From positions 1 through 33,875 of the forward strand of contig CADBOY010000036.1 of NCBI GenBank assembly GCA_902796405.1: a stretch of 33,875 bases of DNA. Direction: 5' to 3'. The position numbers were made by a program, and so were the translations under genes. Shown piece by piece: positions 1 to 8,733 of the stretch (positions within the stretch are counted from its first letter, which is position 1; each line of letters starts with the position of its first letter). The notes below the pieces were generated by a model. That model was not told the DNA's origin, ran no database searches, and saw only the letters and a program-made list of their open reading frames with translations. The DNA is from an uncultured Lachnospiraceae bacterium. Its GTDB lineage: Bacteria > Bacillota > Clostridia > Lachnospirales > Lachnospiraceae.

Positions 1-138
1 AACGCCCGCTCTGGGCCGCAGCCATGCTTATGCCTCACCTATCCTGTTTTATGGGAAGTAAATTCCGCCGACTGGAAGCGTCCCCTGAGGTAGCTTCACT
101 CTGATGACGCACGGACCAGCCTTCTTCGCGCCGCAGAT

Positions 139-255
139 CGCTGACCGCATACCAGCTGCTTCCATCTGATTTCGGTTCGCTGACCGCACACCGACCGCTT
201 CCATCTGATTCCGATTCGCTGACCGCTCACCGGCTGCTTCTGTCTGATTTCGGTT
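139..255. repeat. 3 x 39-bp tandem direct repeat, apparently non-coding, just 3' of the L,D-transpeptidase gene
   Basis: The units are 139-177, 178-216 and 217-255. Unit 1 is cgctgaccgcataccagctgcttccatctgatttcggtt. Unit 2 differs from it at 6/39 positions by hand alignment. Confidence 0.85.
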
Positions 256-261
256 TGCCGA

Positions 262-1743
262 TCAGAACACAACAACCATCATACCGACATACACCAGATC
301 ATACAGCTTCGCCGCCGCACTCTTCGGCAGGTTCACGCAGCCATGAGAGCCGCTGCTCTTATAGATATTGCCGCCGAAGGAACTTCTCCAGGTCGCATCG
401 TGAAGACCCACACCTCCGTTGAACGGCATCCAGTAGTTCACGAAAGAAGTGTACGACGGCTTCCCGTTCTTCATGCGGCCCTTCAGCGTCCGGTTCTTCT
501 CCTTGCTGTAGATGGAGTATACGCCGGTCGGAGTCGCACGGTCCGTCTTCGCCAGTCCCGTCACGCAGTCCGTGCTGAGGACCTGCCTGCCATCCTTGTA
601 GCAGTACACGTGCTGATTGGCGATATCCACCTCCACGTAATCCTCCGGCATCTCCGAATCGGCTTTCTCCAGGGAGTATACCGGCTCACGCTCACCGCTC
701 TTTCCTGCCATCACCTGCTTGTAGAGCGCTGCTGCTTCCACGTCCTCGTCAATCGCGTAGCCGTACTTCTCACCGCTCGCGCACTGAATATCCCCCCGGT
801 CGGTAGAATGGAACGTCCACGAGGTATGGATATCGTCATACTTCTCACAGAGATTCTTCACATAACTCTCGCACTTCTCGCGCACCTTCGACTTCTTCAG
901 CGTCCAGCTTCCATCCTTCTTCGTCAGCCACTTCGAGAGGGTTTTCGCGTCAATCGTCTTCGTTGACCCGTCATAGAAGTGATATTCGATGGTCGTGCTC
1001 AGGAACTGGTTGAGCTTGTTTGCCTGCTTGCGCAGCGTCTCATCGTCTGAAGTAATCTCCGGCACCTCATACGCACCGTCCACCGAATCCAGATTGATCG
1101 ATGTCTTTCCGGCCGCTGCCGCTGCTGAGATGGCTTCAGCTGCCTTGCTGACAGCCAGCTGATCCCCCTGTGTCTCCGGTTCAATTGAGATCAGATAGTC
1201 CTTCCCCAGCGTCAGCTTCGCGTCGGTCGGTGCGGTCCCCTTCTTCACTTCCGGCAGAGCTTTCAGGGTCTTCGCCAGCGTCTTCGCATCACTGGAAACT
1301 CCGCTGCTCACCGTACATTCGGTCTCGCCGCCCATCGCGCCGCGCAGCCAGCCGAAACGGTTCTGCCGCGCAAGCAGCTCTTCCACTTCATTCGTGGACT
1401 GGTACTCCGCTCCGAGCTGATCTGCCTTCAGTTTCTCCGAGCTGCCGCCCCGGAACGCCACATCAATCACGTAACTGGCCGCGTTCTGCTTCAGAGCCTC
1501 CTGCACCTGCGAGGCAGTCATCCCGCCGACATCGATGCCATTGATCTTCGTACCGGGGATGAATTCTTCCTTATAACGGTCAGAATAGGCGATAAACGCG
1601 CCGCCAAGCACAATCAGAACGGCACAGAGAACCAACGTGACGGCACTGACTACGCGCGCCGCGCTGTGCTTTTTTGAACCATCCGAAGTATCCCTGCTCT
1701 TCTTTTTTCTACTGTATGTCTTCTTTACCTTTGACTCTGACAT
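262..1743 (-). CDS. L,D-transpeptidase (YkuD catalytic domain) with an N-terminal membrane anchor and a PG-binding-like middle region
   Basis: Track ORF 262..1800. I moved the start to ATG 1743 (MSESKVKK), which has AGGAG 8 nt upstream. There is a TM segment VVSAVTLVLCAVLIVLGGAFIAY and a C-terminal YkuD motif SSGSHGCVNL. Confidence 0.85.
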   Translation of the reverse strand: MSESKVKKTYSRKKKSRDTSDGSKKHSAARVVSAVTLVLCAVLIVLGGAFIAYSDRYKEEFIPGTKINGIDVGGMTASQVQEALKQNAASYVIDVAFRGGSSEKLKADQLGAEYQSTNEVEELLARQNRFGWLRGAMGGETECTVSSGVSSDAKTLAKTLKALPEVKKGTAPTDAKLTLGKDYLISIEPETQGDQLAVSKAAEAISAAAAAGKTSINLDSVDGAYEVPEITSDDETLRKQANKLNQFLSTTIEYHFYDGSTKTIDAKTLSKWLTKKDGSWTLKKSKVREKCESYVKNLCEKYDDIHTSWTFHSTDRGDIQCASGEKYGYAIDEDVEAAALYKQVMAGKSGEREPVYSLEKADSEMPEDYVEVDIANQHVYCYKDGRQVLSTDCVTGLAKTDRATPTGVYSIYSKEKNRTLKGRMKNGKPSYTSFVNYWMPFNGGVGLHDATWRSSFGGNIYKSSGSHGCVNLPKSAAAKLYDLVYVGMMVVVF

Positions 1744-1793
1744 ATTCCATCTCCTGCCGTGTCCGGCTCCCCTCATCCGGCTGGACATCAGCT

Positions 1794-1807
1794 CTATCAT
1801 GATAGCA
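1794..1807 (-). promoter_or_regulatory. Candidate extended -10 promoter (TGcTATCAT) for the transpeptidase gene, overlapped by a perfect 12-bp palindrome
   Basis: The minus strand reads gtaTGcTATCATgatag. The palindrome CTATCATGATAG spans 1794-1805. The -35 region is poor. Confidence 0.35.
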
Positions 1808-1906
1808 TACTTTTATGGCAAACGGAATGAAGAAAACGTAGGGAAAATAGTAAGATTTTATGAAGATGAGCCGCTTCATTTTCCAGTCGCACTGGCAGAA
1901 AAAACG

Positions 1907-1915
1907 TGCTATATT
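1907..1915 (+). promoter_or_regulatory. Candidate extended -10 promoter (TGcTATATT) for the FucI-like gene
   Basis: The sequence is gTGcTATATT, about 92 nt upstream of ATG 2007. The -35 (tcgcac at 1887-1892) is weak. Confidence 0.3.
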
Positions 1916-1928
1916 AGTAACAAATGTG

Positions 1929-1969
1929 CCGCCCGGAAGCTTCTCCGTTTTTAGAAACTCTTCGGGCGG
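1929..1969 (+). promoter_or_regulatory. Leader hairpin followed by a U-rich tract (attenuator-like) upstream of the FucI-like gene
   Basis: CCGCCCgGAAG (1929-1939) pairs with CTTCGGGCGG (1960-1969) around a 20-nt loop. The stem is followed by gATTTCATTCTCATTTCTATC and then the AAGGAG SD. Confidence 0.3.
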
Positions 1970-2006
1970 GATTTCATTCTCATTTCTATCTGCAAAGGAG
2001 ACCATC

Positions 2007-3494
2007 ATGGAGAATATCAGCAAAGTCAGAATCGGCATCGTAGCAGTCAGCCGGGACTGTTTCCCAGCTTCTCTTGCCGTCGGCCGCCGGGAGGCCCTGG
2101 TCAGAGCCTATCAGCAGGCTTACGATGCCAATGAGATCTACGAGTGCCCGATCTGCATCATCGAATCAGAGACGGATATGCTGAAAGCGCTTGACGACAT
2201 CAATGCACACGGATGCAACGCGCTGTGCGTGTATCTCGGCAACTTCGGCCCTGAGATCTCTGAGACCATGCTGGCCAAGTACTTCGACGGTCCGAAGATG
2301 TTCTGTGCCGCAGCCGAGGAATCTCAGTCGGATCTGATCGACGGCCGGGGTGATGCCTACTGCGGCATGCTGAACGCAAGCTACAATCTGGCGCTCCGCA
2401 GCGTGAAGGCCTACATTCCGGACTATCCGGTCGGTGATGCTGCAGAATGCGCACAGATGATTCATGAGTTTCTCCCTGTCGCGCGCGCAGTCATCAGCCT
2501 TCATGAGCTCAAGCTGATCAGCTTCGGACCGAGACCGATGAATTTCCTGGCCTGCAACGCGCCGATCCGCAAGCTCTATGACCTCGGCGTGGAAGTAGAA
2601 GAGAATTCGGAGCTTGATCTGTTCGAGGCTTATCACAAGCACGATGGAGACAAGCGCATTGCCGAAGTCGCTGAGGATATGAAGAAGGAACTCGGCGATG
2701 GGGCAGGGAATAACGCCGGTATGCTGCCGAAGCTCGCGCAGTACGAGATCACGCTGCTCGACTGGATTGAGGAACACAAGGGCAGCCGGAAGAATGCGGT
2801 GATCGCCGGCAAATGCTGGCCGGCTTTCCAGACGCAGTTCCACTTTGTTCCCTGCTATGTGAACTCCCGCCTTGCCGGCCGGGGAATCCCGGTATCCTGC
2901 GAAGTGGATATCTATGGCGCCCTGTCTGAGTACATCGGAACCTGCATCTCCGAGGACGCGGTAACGCTGCTCGACATCAACAATTCGGTGCCGAAGGACA
3001 TGTACCAGGAATCGATCAGCGGAAAGTTCCCCTATAAGCAGACGGATACCTTCATGGGATTTCACTGCGGCAATACCTGCTCTACCAGGATATGCCATCC
3101 GCACCTGAACTTCCAGCGCATTATGTCCCGCACCCTTCCCCGCGAGTACACGGACGGCACTCTGGAAGGCGATATCCAGCCTGGTGATATCACGTTCTAC
3201 CGGCTGCAGTCGACGTCGGACAATATTCTCCGCGCTTATGTGGCTGAGGGCGAGGTACTTCCGGTCGCGACGAAGAGCTTCGGATCGATCGGCGTGTTCG
3301 CGATTCCGGAGATGGGACGGTTCTACCGCCATGTGCTGATCGAGAAGAATTTCCCGCATCATGGCGCTGTGATGTTCGGACATTACGGAAAGACGCTGTA
3401 CCGGGTCCTGCAGTATCTGGGTGTCGAGAACGAAGAAATCGGATTCAACCAGCCCGCCGGCATGCGCTATCCGGGAGAGAATCCGTTCGCCTGA
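2007..3494 (+). CDS. L-fucose/L-arabinose isomerase family protein (FucI-like)
   Basis: Track ORF 1860..3494. I placed the start at ATG 2007 (MENISKVRIGIVAVSRDCFP), which has AAGGAG 7 nt upstream. The 495-aa length and the N-terminal RIGIVA..S.. pattern are typical of the family. The family assignment is from memory only. Confidence 0.75.
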   Translation: MENISKVRIGIVAVSRDCFPASLAVGRREALVRAYQQAYDANEIYECPICIIESETDMLKALDDINAHGCNALCVYLGNFGPEISETMLAKYFDGPKMFCAAAEESQSDLIDGRGDAYCGMLNASYNLALRSVKAYIPDYPVGDAAECAQMIHEFLPVARAVISLHELKLISFGPRPMNFLACNAPIRKLYDLGVEVEENSELDLFEAYHKHDGDKRIAEVAEDMKKELGDGAGNNAGMLPKLAQYEITLLDWIEEHKGSRKNAVIAGKCWPAFQTQFHFVPCYVNSRLAGRGIPVSCEVDIYGALSEYIGTCISEDAVTLLDINNSVPKDMYQESISGKFPYKQTDTFMGFHCGNTCSTRICHPHLNFQRIMSRTLPREYTDGTLEGDIQPGDITFYRLQSTSDNILRAYVAEGEVLPVATKSFGSIGVFAIPEMGRFYRHVLIEKNFPHHGAVMFGHYGKTLYRVLQYLGVENEEIGFNQPAGMRYPGENPFA

Positions 3495-3509
3495 GCCGGC
3501 TGCACCGCA

Positions 3510-4004
3510 TCACGCTTCCCGGATTACCTTCCACTCCCCGATCAGACGATCGAGACTCCACGCCGCATTGGCGGAACTGGTGGAAGGGAGCCGGACTGCG
3601 GGACGCCCCACCACCGGTTCCGTATATCGATGGTACATCTTCCAGGCAGTTCCGCCGTTTGTGAAGATACGTCGGATGTCCGCCCCGCTGAGAATCGGTC
3701 GCAGATCGTTCGGAACGACATCCCGAATGCTGCTGTCCGAGGATCCGGTGATGCGGCAGGACGCGATAACGTCCCAGGCAGCAATGTGATTCCGGAGCAG
3801 GAAAGATTTTCTCTCCGGGATGGTCATTGGAACCTCTTCCTTAAACAGCGCAGCGAGTACCTTCCAGTACCGGTTCTGGGGATGACCATAGAAGAACATC
3901 ATTTCCCGGGATTTGACCGACGGAAAACTCCCAAGAATCAGAATCCGGGAATGTTCGTCCCAGACCGGCGGAATCGGATGAATGATGAACTGTTCCTCAG
4001 CCAT
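3510..4004 (-). CDS. DNA-deoxyinosine (hypoxanthine) glycosylase, UDG superfamily
   Basis: Track ORF 3510..4040. The start is at ATG 4004 (MAEEQFIIHP), with AAGGAG upstream. Motifs seen are ILILGSFPSVKS, FFYGHPQNRYW and LPSTSSANA. The gene is convergent with the FucI-like gene, with only a 15-nt gap. Confidence 0.75.
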   Translation of the reverse strand: MAEEQFIIHPIPPVWDEHSRILILGSFPSVKSREMMFFYGHPQNRYWKVLAALFKEEVPMTIPERKSFLLRNHIAAWDVIASCRITGSSDSSIRDVVPNDLRPILSGADIRRIFTNGGTAWKMYHRYTEPVVGRPAVRLPSTSSANAAWSLDRLIGEWKVIREA

Positions 4005-4264
4005 AATACTCTTACTCCTTGAATAAAAAGGGATGGACATCTTCGCCCATCCGCTTCACCACATCAACGTCCGGCGGGAAACTGCCGGACATATTTTTTC
4101 TCACTGCCTATTGCATGTTCCGCCTTTTCTGCCGGCGTGCTTATGTTAAACGGAAGAACGGCGGCTTTCGCCGCGGTCCTCCCCCTTCCTGCCGGCGTAC
4201 TCCCGGGAGACGGCATCAGCCGCGGACCTTCCTGCATCTGTCAGATCGCTCTCAGGAAACAACT

Positions 4265-6091
4265 TCAGCCCGCATGCTTTCCTGGTTCTTCCTGCGCGCT
4301 TTTGGAAAGTGGCGCATGGTCATCCGATGCAGCCAGCGACTGAGCGCGCTCCATCTGCACATAGAGGCCATTCTTCGCGAGAAGCTCCAAGCGGGAGCCC
4401 ATCTCCGCGATGTGATGCCCCTCGATCACGGCGATGCAGTCGGCATTCTGGATCGTGGAGAGCCGATGCGCAATGATCAGACTGGTCTTCCCGGCGGAGA
4501 GCCTGGCCAGACTCTCCTGAATCTTCTGCTCCGTCACGCTGTCCAGAGCGGACGTAGCCTCATCCAGAATCAGAATCGGCGGATTTTTCAGGAAAACGCG
4601 TGCGATTGAGATTCTCTGCTTCTGGCCGCCAGACAGCACGACGCCACGCTCTCCGATGTTCGTGCTGTAGCCGTCCGGCATGTTCAGGATCTCCTCGTGA
4701 ATGTCCGCTGCCCGGGCTGCCTGCATGACTTCCTCATCCGTGGCTTCCGGCCGGCCATAGCGGGTATTCTCCATCACTGTACCGGCAAACAGGAACACAT
4801 CCTGCTGGATAATGCCGATATTCTTCCGCAGACTTTCCTGAGTAAGGCTCCGGATGTCGTGCCCATCGATGCTCACGCTCCCGCCCGTTACGTCGTAAAA
4901 CCGCGGCAGAAGATGACACATGGTGGTCTTGCCGCTGCCGGATGGGCCGACCAGCGCGAATATTTCTCCCGGCGCGATGTCCACGCTGACATCTATCAGG
5001 ACCTCTGTCCCGTCCTCATAGGCAAAGTTCACGTGATCATAGACAATATGGCCCTTCACATGATCCAGCGGAACCGCATCCGGCGCGTCCTTGATCTCCG
5101 GTTCCGTCCGCATGATCTCCAGGAAACGTGAGAAGCCGGCCGTTCCCTGGGTATAGATCTCCATAAACTGCGCGAATTTGCGGATCGGGGTCGTGAACGT
5201 CGCGACATAGAGGGTAAATGTCAGCAGATCGACGAGATCGAGCGTGCCGTGCATGATCTGCAGGCCTCCGAACGCAATGACTGCTGCCTGCATGATGCCG
5301 ATTGTCACCTCGATGCCGGCATTGAAGCGGCCCATCGCGCTGTAATAGCTCACCTTGCTCCGCTTGAAATTCTCATTCGCCCTGGCGAATTTTTCCTCTT
5401 CCTTCTCTTCATTGGCAAATGCCTTCGAGACACGGATTCCGGAAATGCCGCTTTCAATCGCGGCATTGATTTCACCGGTCTTCTGCTTCACCTTCCGATT
5501 GGCCTCGCGCATTTTCACGCGCTGACGGCTGGTATAGAGCAGGCAGACCGGGATCAGCACCACGAGAATGAGTGTGAGCCGGACGTTGATCGTAAACAGA
5601 ATGGCCAGCGCCCCTATGATCGTCAGTGAGCAGGTCAGGATGTTCTCCGGACCATGGTGTGCCAGTTCCACAATTTCAAACAGGTCATTGGTCACCCGGC
5701 CGAGCAGAACGCCGGTCCGGTTTCGGTCAAAGAAGCTGAATGACAGCTCCTGCATATGATCAAAGACATCCTCACGCATATCCGCTTCGACCAGAGTGCC
5801 CATACCGTGTCCGATTACGGTGATCTTGTACATCGCATAAGCGCGCGCCAGATAACTGACAAGAACCGCTGCCATGACACCGAAAAATGCGCCGTACATC
5901 TTCTGCGGCAGCAGAGTCCGCATCGCGGTCCTTGTCACATATGGGAACATCAGATCAACCGCTGCTACCAGCACGGAGAGAATCATGTCCGCCGCGAACA
6001 GACGACCGTGAGGCCGGATGTAGGACATAAAGATCGCCAGATCCGGCCGGCTGAAATTCTTTTTTGCCGGATCTGCTTTCTCCTTTTTCAT
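4265..6091 (-). CDS. ABC exporter, fused permease/ATPase (MsbA/multidrug type)
   Basis: Six-TM N-terminal half. Walker A is GPSGSGKTT, the signature is LSGGQKQRISIARV, Walker B is ILILDEATSALD and the H-loop is IIAHRLST. There is a roughly 30-aa low-complexity C-terminal tail. The start overlaps the cupin stop (ATGA). Confidence 0.9.
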   Translation of the reverse strand: MKKEKADPAKKNFSRPDLAIFMSYIRPHGRLFAADMILSVLVAAVDLMFPYVTRTAMRTLLPQKMYGAFFGVMAAVLVSYLARAYAMYKITVIGHGMGTLVEADMREDVFDHMQELSFSFFDRNRTGVLLGRVTNDLFEIVELAHHGPENILTCSLTIIGALAILFTINVRLTLILVVLIPVCLLYTSRQRVKMREANRKVKQKTGEINAAIESGISGIRVSKAFANEEKEEEKFARANENFKRSKVSYYSAMGRFNAGIEVTIGIMQAAVIAFGGLQIMHGTLDLVDLLTFTLYVATFTTPIRKFAQFMEIYTQGTAGFSRFLEIMRTEPEIKDAPDAVPLDHVKGHIVYDHVNFAYEDGTEVLIDVSVDIAPGEIFALVGPSGSGKTTMCHLLPRFYDVTGGSVSIDGHDIRSLTQESLRKNIGIIQQDVFLFAGTVMENTRYGRPEATDEEVMQAARAADIHEEILNMPDGYSTNIGERGVVLSGGQKQRISIARVFLKNPPILILDEATSALDSVTEQKIQESLARLSAGKTSLIIAHRLSTIQNADCIAVIEGHHIAEMGSRLELLAKNGLYVQMERAQSLAASDDHAPLSKSAQEEPGKHAG

Positions 6092-6447
6092 TCCGTAATC
6101 CTGTTCCTCTCATTGTAGATGAGTGCCATGAGGACAAGATCCTCGTCGGTGGGGTTGTCGATGCCATGGCTCTGTCCAACCGTGATGTAGCAGACATCCC
6201 CCGGCCCAACCGTGACCTGAGAGCCATCTGTGTCGTGAAAGATGCCATGTCCCTGCAGAATAAAGTACTGTTCCGTCTCGCCAATATGCTGGTGATATCC
6301 GATGGATGAGTGCGGCCGGATCTTCACCATCGCGTACATCCGGCCATGTCCAAGAAGTTCCTCCCTGGAGACAATGTCATGAATCTCACAGGTGCCAGTG
6401 CCGTGCTGCAGAGCTTCCACCGTGCGGACCTTTGTCTTTCTTACCAT
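6088..6447 (-). CDS. Cupin domain protein
   Basis: Track ORF 6088..6489. The start is at ATG 6447 (MVRKTKVRT), preceded by GAGGAG. Cupin motifs are GYHQHIGETEQYFILQG and GPGDVCYITVGQSHG. Confidence 0.75.
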   Translation of the reverse strand: MVRKTKVRTVEALQHGTGTCEIHDIVSREELLGHGRMYAMVKIRPHSSIGYHQHIGETEQYFILQGHGIFHDTDGSQVTVGPGDVCYITVGQSHGIDNPTDEDLVLMALIYNERNRITE

Positions 6448-6544
6448 GTTTTTCTCCTCTTCCCGCGTGGGCAGTGTCAGTTTCACCACCTGTTTCTCGC
6501 TTCAACGCCTTGATTGTGAGCGCTTTAATTTCAAAGTACCGCAA

Positions 6545-6664
6545 TTACTCCTGCTCTTTTTCCTCTCCGCCGCCGATCAGTTTGTGTCCGGTGATGATCG
6601 CCATAACCATACCAACAAGAGCGACACATGCCCAAAACTGATGCTGTTTCAATATCTTTTTCAT
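6545..6664 (-). CDS. 39-aa small membrane protein (micro-ORF, below the ORF-track size cutoff)
   Basis: My hand translation is MKKILKQHQFWACVALVGMVMAIITGHKLIGGGEEKEQE*. GGAG lies 7 nt upstream of ATG 6664. The ORF has one hydrophobic helix, sits 97 nt upstream of the cupin start on the same strand, and is downstream of the ADH terminator. Confidence 0.5.
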   Translation of the reverse strand: MKKILKQHQFWACVALVGMVMAIITGHKLIGGGEEKEQE

Positions 6665-6787
6665 CGCTGATCTCCATTTTCAAAAAGCACGATGCTTCCT
6701 TGTCTGCTGATGTCTGTCCTTGATCCAAAGAACATGGATCTCCACAACTGTCCTGTGGACTTCGCTTGTCTGACCAGGCAGCTCAAC

Positions 6788-6828
6788 CGAAAAGGCGGTC
6801 CTGGCGGAATCTGTCCGCCGAGACCGCC
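6788..6828 (-). terminator. Intrinsic terminator of the CBS/alcohol-dehydrogenase operon
   Basis: The minus strand reads GGCGGTC-TC-GGCGG-ACAGATT-CCGCC-AG-GACCGCC followed by TTTTCGGTT. It begins about 75 nt after the ADH stop. Confidence 0.75.
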
Positions 6829-6902
6829 TCTGCCGTCTGCATACGGCCAGGCGGATTATGTCCGACTGGACCTTCTCTTCCGGCTGCACAGGGCCCACTG
6901 GA

Positions 6903-8108
6903 TTATGCCCGGCAGGCCTCGTAAATCTTCACCATGTCATCAAAATTCAGTTCGCGGAACGACCCGATCGTTCTTGTCCGGTCGAACGAGCACTCCGTCG
7001 CCAGCGCGGTGATCTCCTCATCCGTCGGCTCATGACCGATCAGCTCAGCCAGCGTGAGCGGCATGCCGAGACTCTTGAAGAAAGCATTGGTCTTCTCGAT
7101 TCCTTCCTCTGCTGCTTTCCAGTCATCCGGCTCGGTGATTCCGAATACCTTCCGCGCGTACTGCGCAAAGCGGGCTGTATTCTGTCCCATCACATAGTGT
7201 GCCCAGGCCGCCCATACTGCGGTCAGCGTAGCGCCGTGTGTGGAATCATACAGCGCGGAGATGGCCATGCCCAGCTGATGGCAGGACCAGTCTCCCTGCC
7301 GGGGAGTATCTCCCTGGGAACCGAGTCCCGTCAGGCCGATGTGGGAAACGCTGCCGCACCACATGATCTCACTCATCGCCTCGTAGTCGTGCGGATCCGC
7401 AACGCCCTTCGGGCCGTAGCAGATGATGTCGCGGAAAAGTCCCTCTGCCATCTCATCAGTCAGGTGATTGCCGAGGATCTTCGCGAAATAGCGCTCTGAC
7501 GTATGCATGAAGATGTCCGCCGCACCGGCACCGATCTGCCAGACCGGCAGCGTCATGGTCAGTTCCGGATTCATGATCGTAAAGCAGCAGCGGTTGATGT
7601 CGTTCTGAATGCCGCGCTTTGTCGGCGGAACCTTCTCATCATTGGTCAGGACGGCGGAATCACTGGTCTCGGAGCCAGCCGCGGAGATGGTCAGAATCGC
7701 GGCATGCGGAACGCTTTTCACGAGCGGGGCCTTCTTTGACCAGAAATCCCAGACCTTGTATTCCGGGCTGGCCAGCGCCAGCGCCACTCCCTTTGCGGTG
7801 TCGATGACGCTGCCTCCGCCCACCGCAAGGACAAAATCCGCACCGAATTCTCTGGCGGCGTCCGTCATCTTCTGAGCCAGGCTGACCCTCGGATTCGGCA
7901 CCACACCGCCCATCGCAAGGGAGGCAAGACCGGCGGCATCAAGGCTCGCCTTCACGCGGTCCAGCAGACCGCTCTTCACTGCGGAATGACCGCCATAGAC
8001 GATGAAAACGCGGCTTCCGCCGTACTTTTTCACAAGTTCACCGGTCTGGCCTTCTGTGCCCTTGCCGAACACGATCTCCGTCGGTGAATAATAATTAAAC
8101 TTCTCCAT
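6903..8108 (-). CDS. Iron-containing (group III) alcohol dehydrogenase, butanol-dehydrogenase/YqhD-like
   Basis: Track ORF 6903..8147. The start is at ATG 8108 (MEKFNYYSPTEIVFGKG), with GGAGG upstream. It has the AVGGGSVIDTAKG motif and conserved His residues in the C-terminal half. Confidence 0.9.
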   Translation of the reverse strand: MEKFNYYSPTEIVFGKGTEGQTGELVKKYGGSRVFIVYGGHSAVKSGLLDRVKASLDAAGLASLAMGGVVPNPRVSLAQKMTDAAREFGADFVLAVGGGSVIDTAKGVALALASPEYKVWDFWSKKAPLVKSVPHAAILTISAAGSETSDSAVLTNDEKVPPTKRGIQNDINRCCFTIMNPELTMTLPVWQIGAGAADIFMHTSERYFAKILGNHLTDEMAEGLFRDIICYGPKGVADPHDYEAMSEIMWCGSVSHIGLTGLGSQGDTPRQGDWSCHQLGMAISALYDSTHGATLTAVWAAWAHYVMGQNTARFAQYARKVFGITEPDDWKAAEEGIEKTNAFFKSLGMPLTLAELIGHEPTDEEITALATECSFDRTRTIGSFRELNFDDMVKIYEACRA

Positions 8109-8143
8109 CTCTTCCTCCCGGGGCGCATCCGCGTCCCTGTGAT

Positions 8144-8623
8144 TCATATGATTTTCCGTTCCTGCCCCTGCAGGAGCGTTTCTTCCTTCTGCGCGAGATA
8201 GCGAATCACATCGCGCCTTGTGACGATGCCGATGAATACATTCCGGTCATCTACGACAGGTACAAAATTCTGCTGGGTAATGACGTCAATCAGACTGTCC
8301 ATGCTCGCAGTAATCCGCACGGGAGGATACTCCTTGCGGCGGTGTATATCGGAAATCTTCTTCTCCCTCAGGCTCTCGATCATACCATCACCGCCAGCGT
8401 TTCCCCCTTCCGCTTCATCGAATGCTTCCTTCTCGGCCAGTCCGTATATCTCCCACAGGAAATCGCCTTCGCTGATCGTGCCCACGTATTCGCACTTCTG
8501 CGACAGCACCGGAATGGCGGCGAAACCGCTCTTGCGCATCTTGCGCAGGCCGGTCATCGCACTGTCCTCTTCGCTGAGATAAGAAACATTCATCTTGGGT
8601 TGCAGAAATGATGAGATATTCAT
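8144..8623 (-). CDS. CBS-pair domain protein
   Basis: The track ORF starts with GTG at 8629. ATG 8623 is preferred because AGGAGG lies 9 nt upstream. There are two CBS-like halves (IPVLSQKCEYVGTISEGDFL and VPVVDDRNVFIGIVTRRDVI) split by an acidic/Gly insert. Confidence 0.8.
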   Translation of the reverse strand: MNISSFLQPKMNVSYLSEEDSAMTGLRKMRKSGFAAIPVLSQKCEYVGTISEGDFLWEIYGLAEKEAFDEAEGGNAGGDGMIESLREKKISDIHRRKEYPPVRITASMDSLIDVITQQNFVPVVDDRNVFIGIVTRRDVIRYLAQKEETLLQGQERKII

Positions 8624-8733
8624 AATCACAGTCCTCCTGCTGCTGTTGTCTCTCTATGTCATCATACTCCAGTCAGCCGGAAAAAATAATAGCCATTATA
8701 TGAATAATCACGAAATTTCTGTGAAATGGCAGA

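Noticed and set aside
1-25. A possible minus-strand CDS start (ATG at 25-23, MAAAQSGR..., with GTGAGG 7 nt upstream) running off the left edge.
   Set aside because: Only 8 codons are visible, which is too little to support a call.
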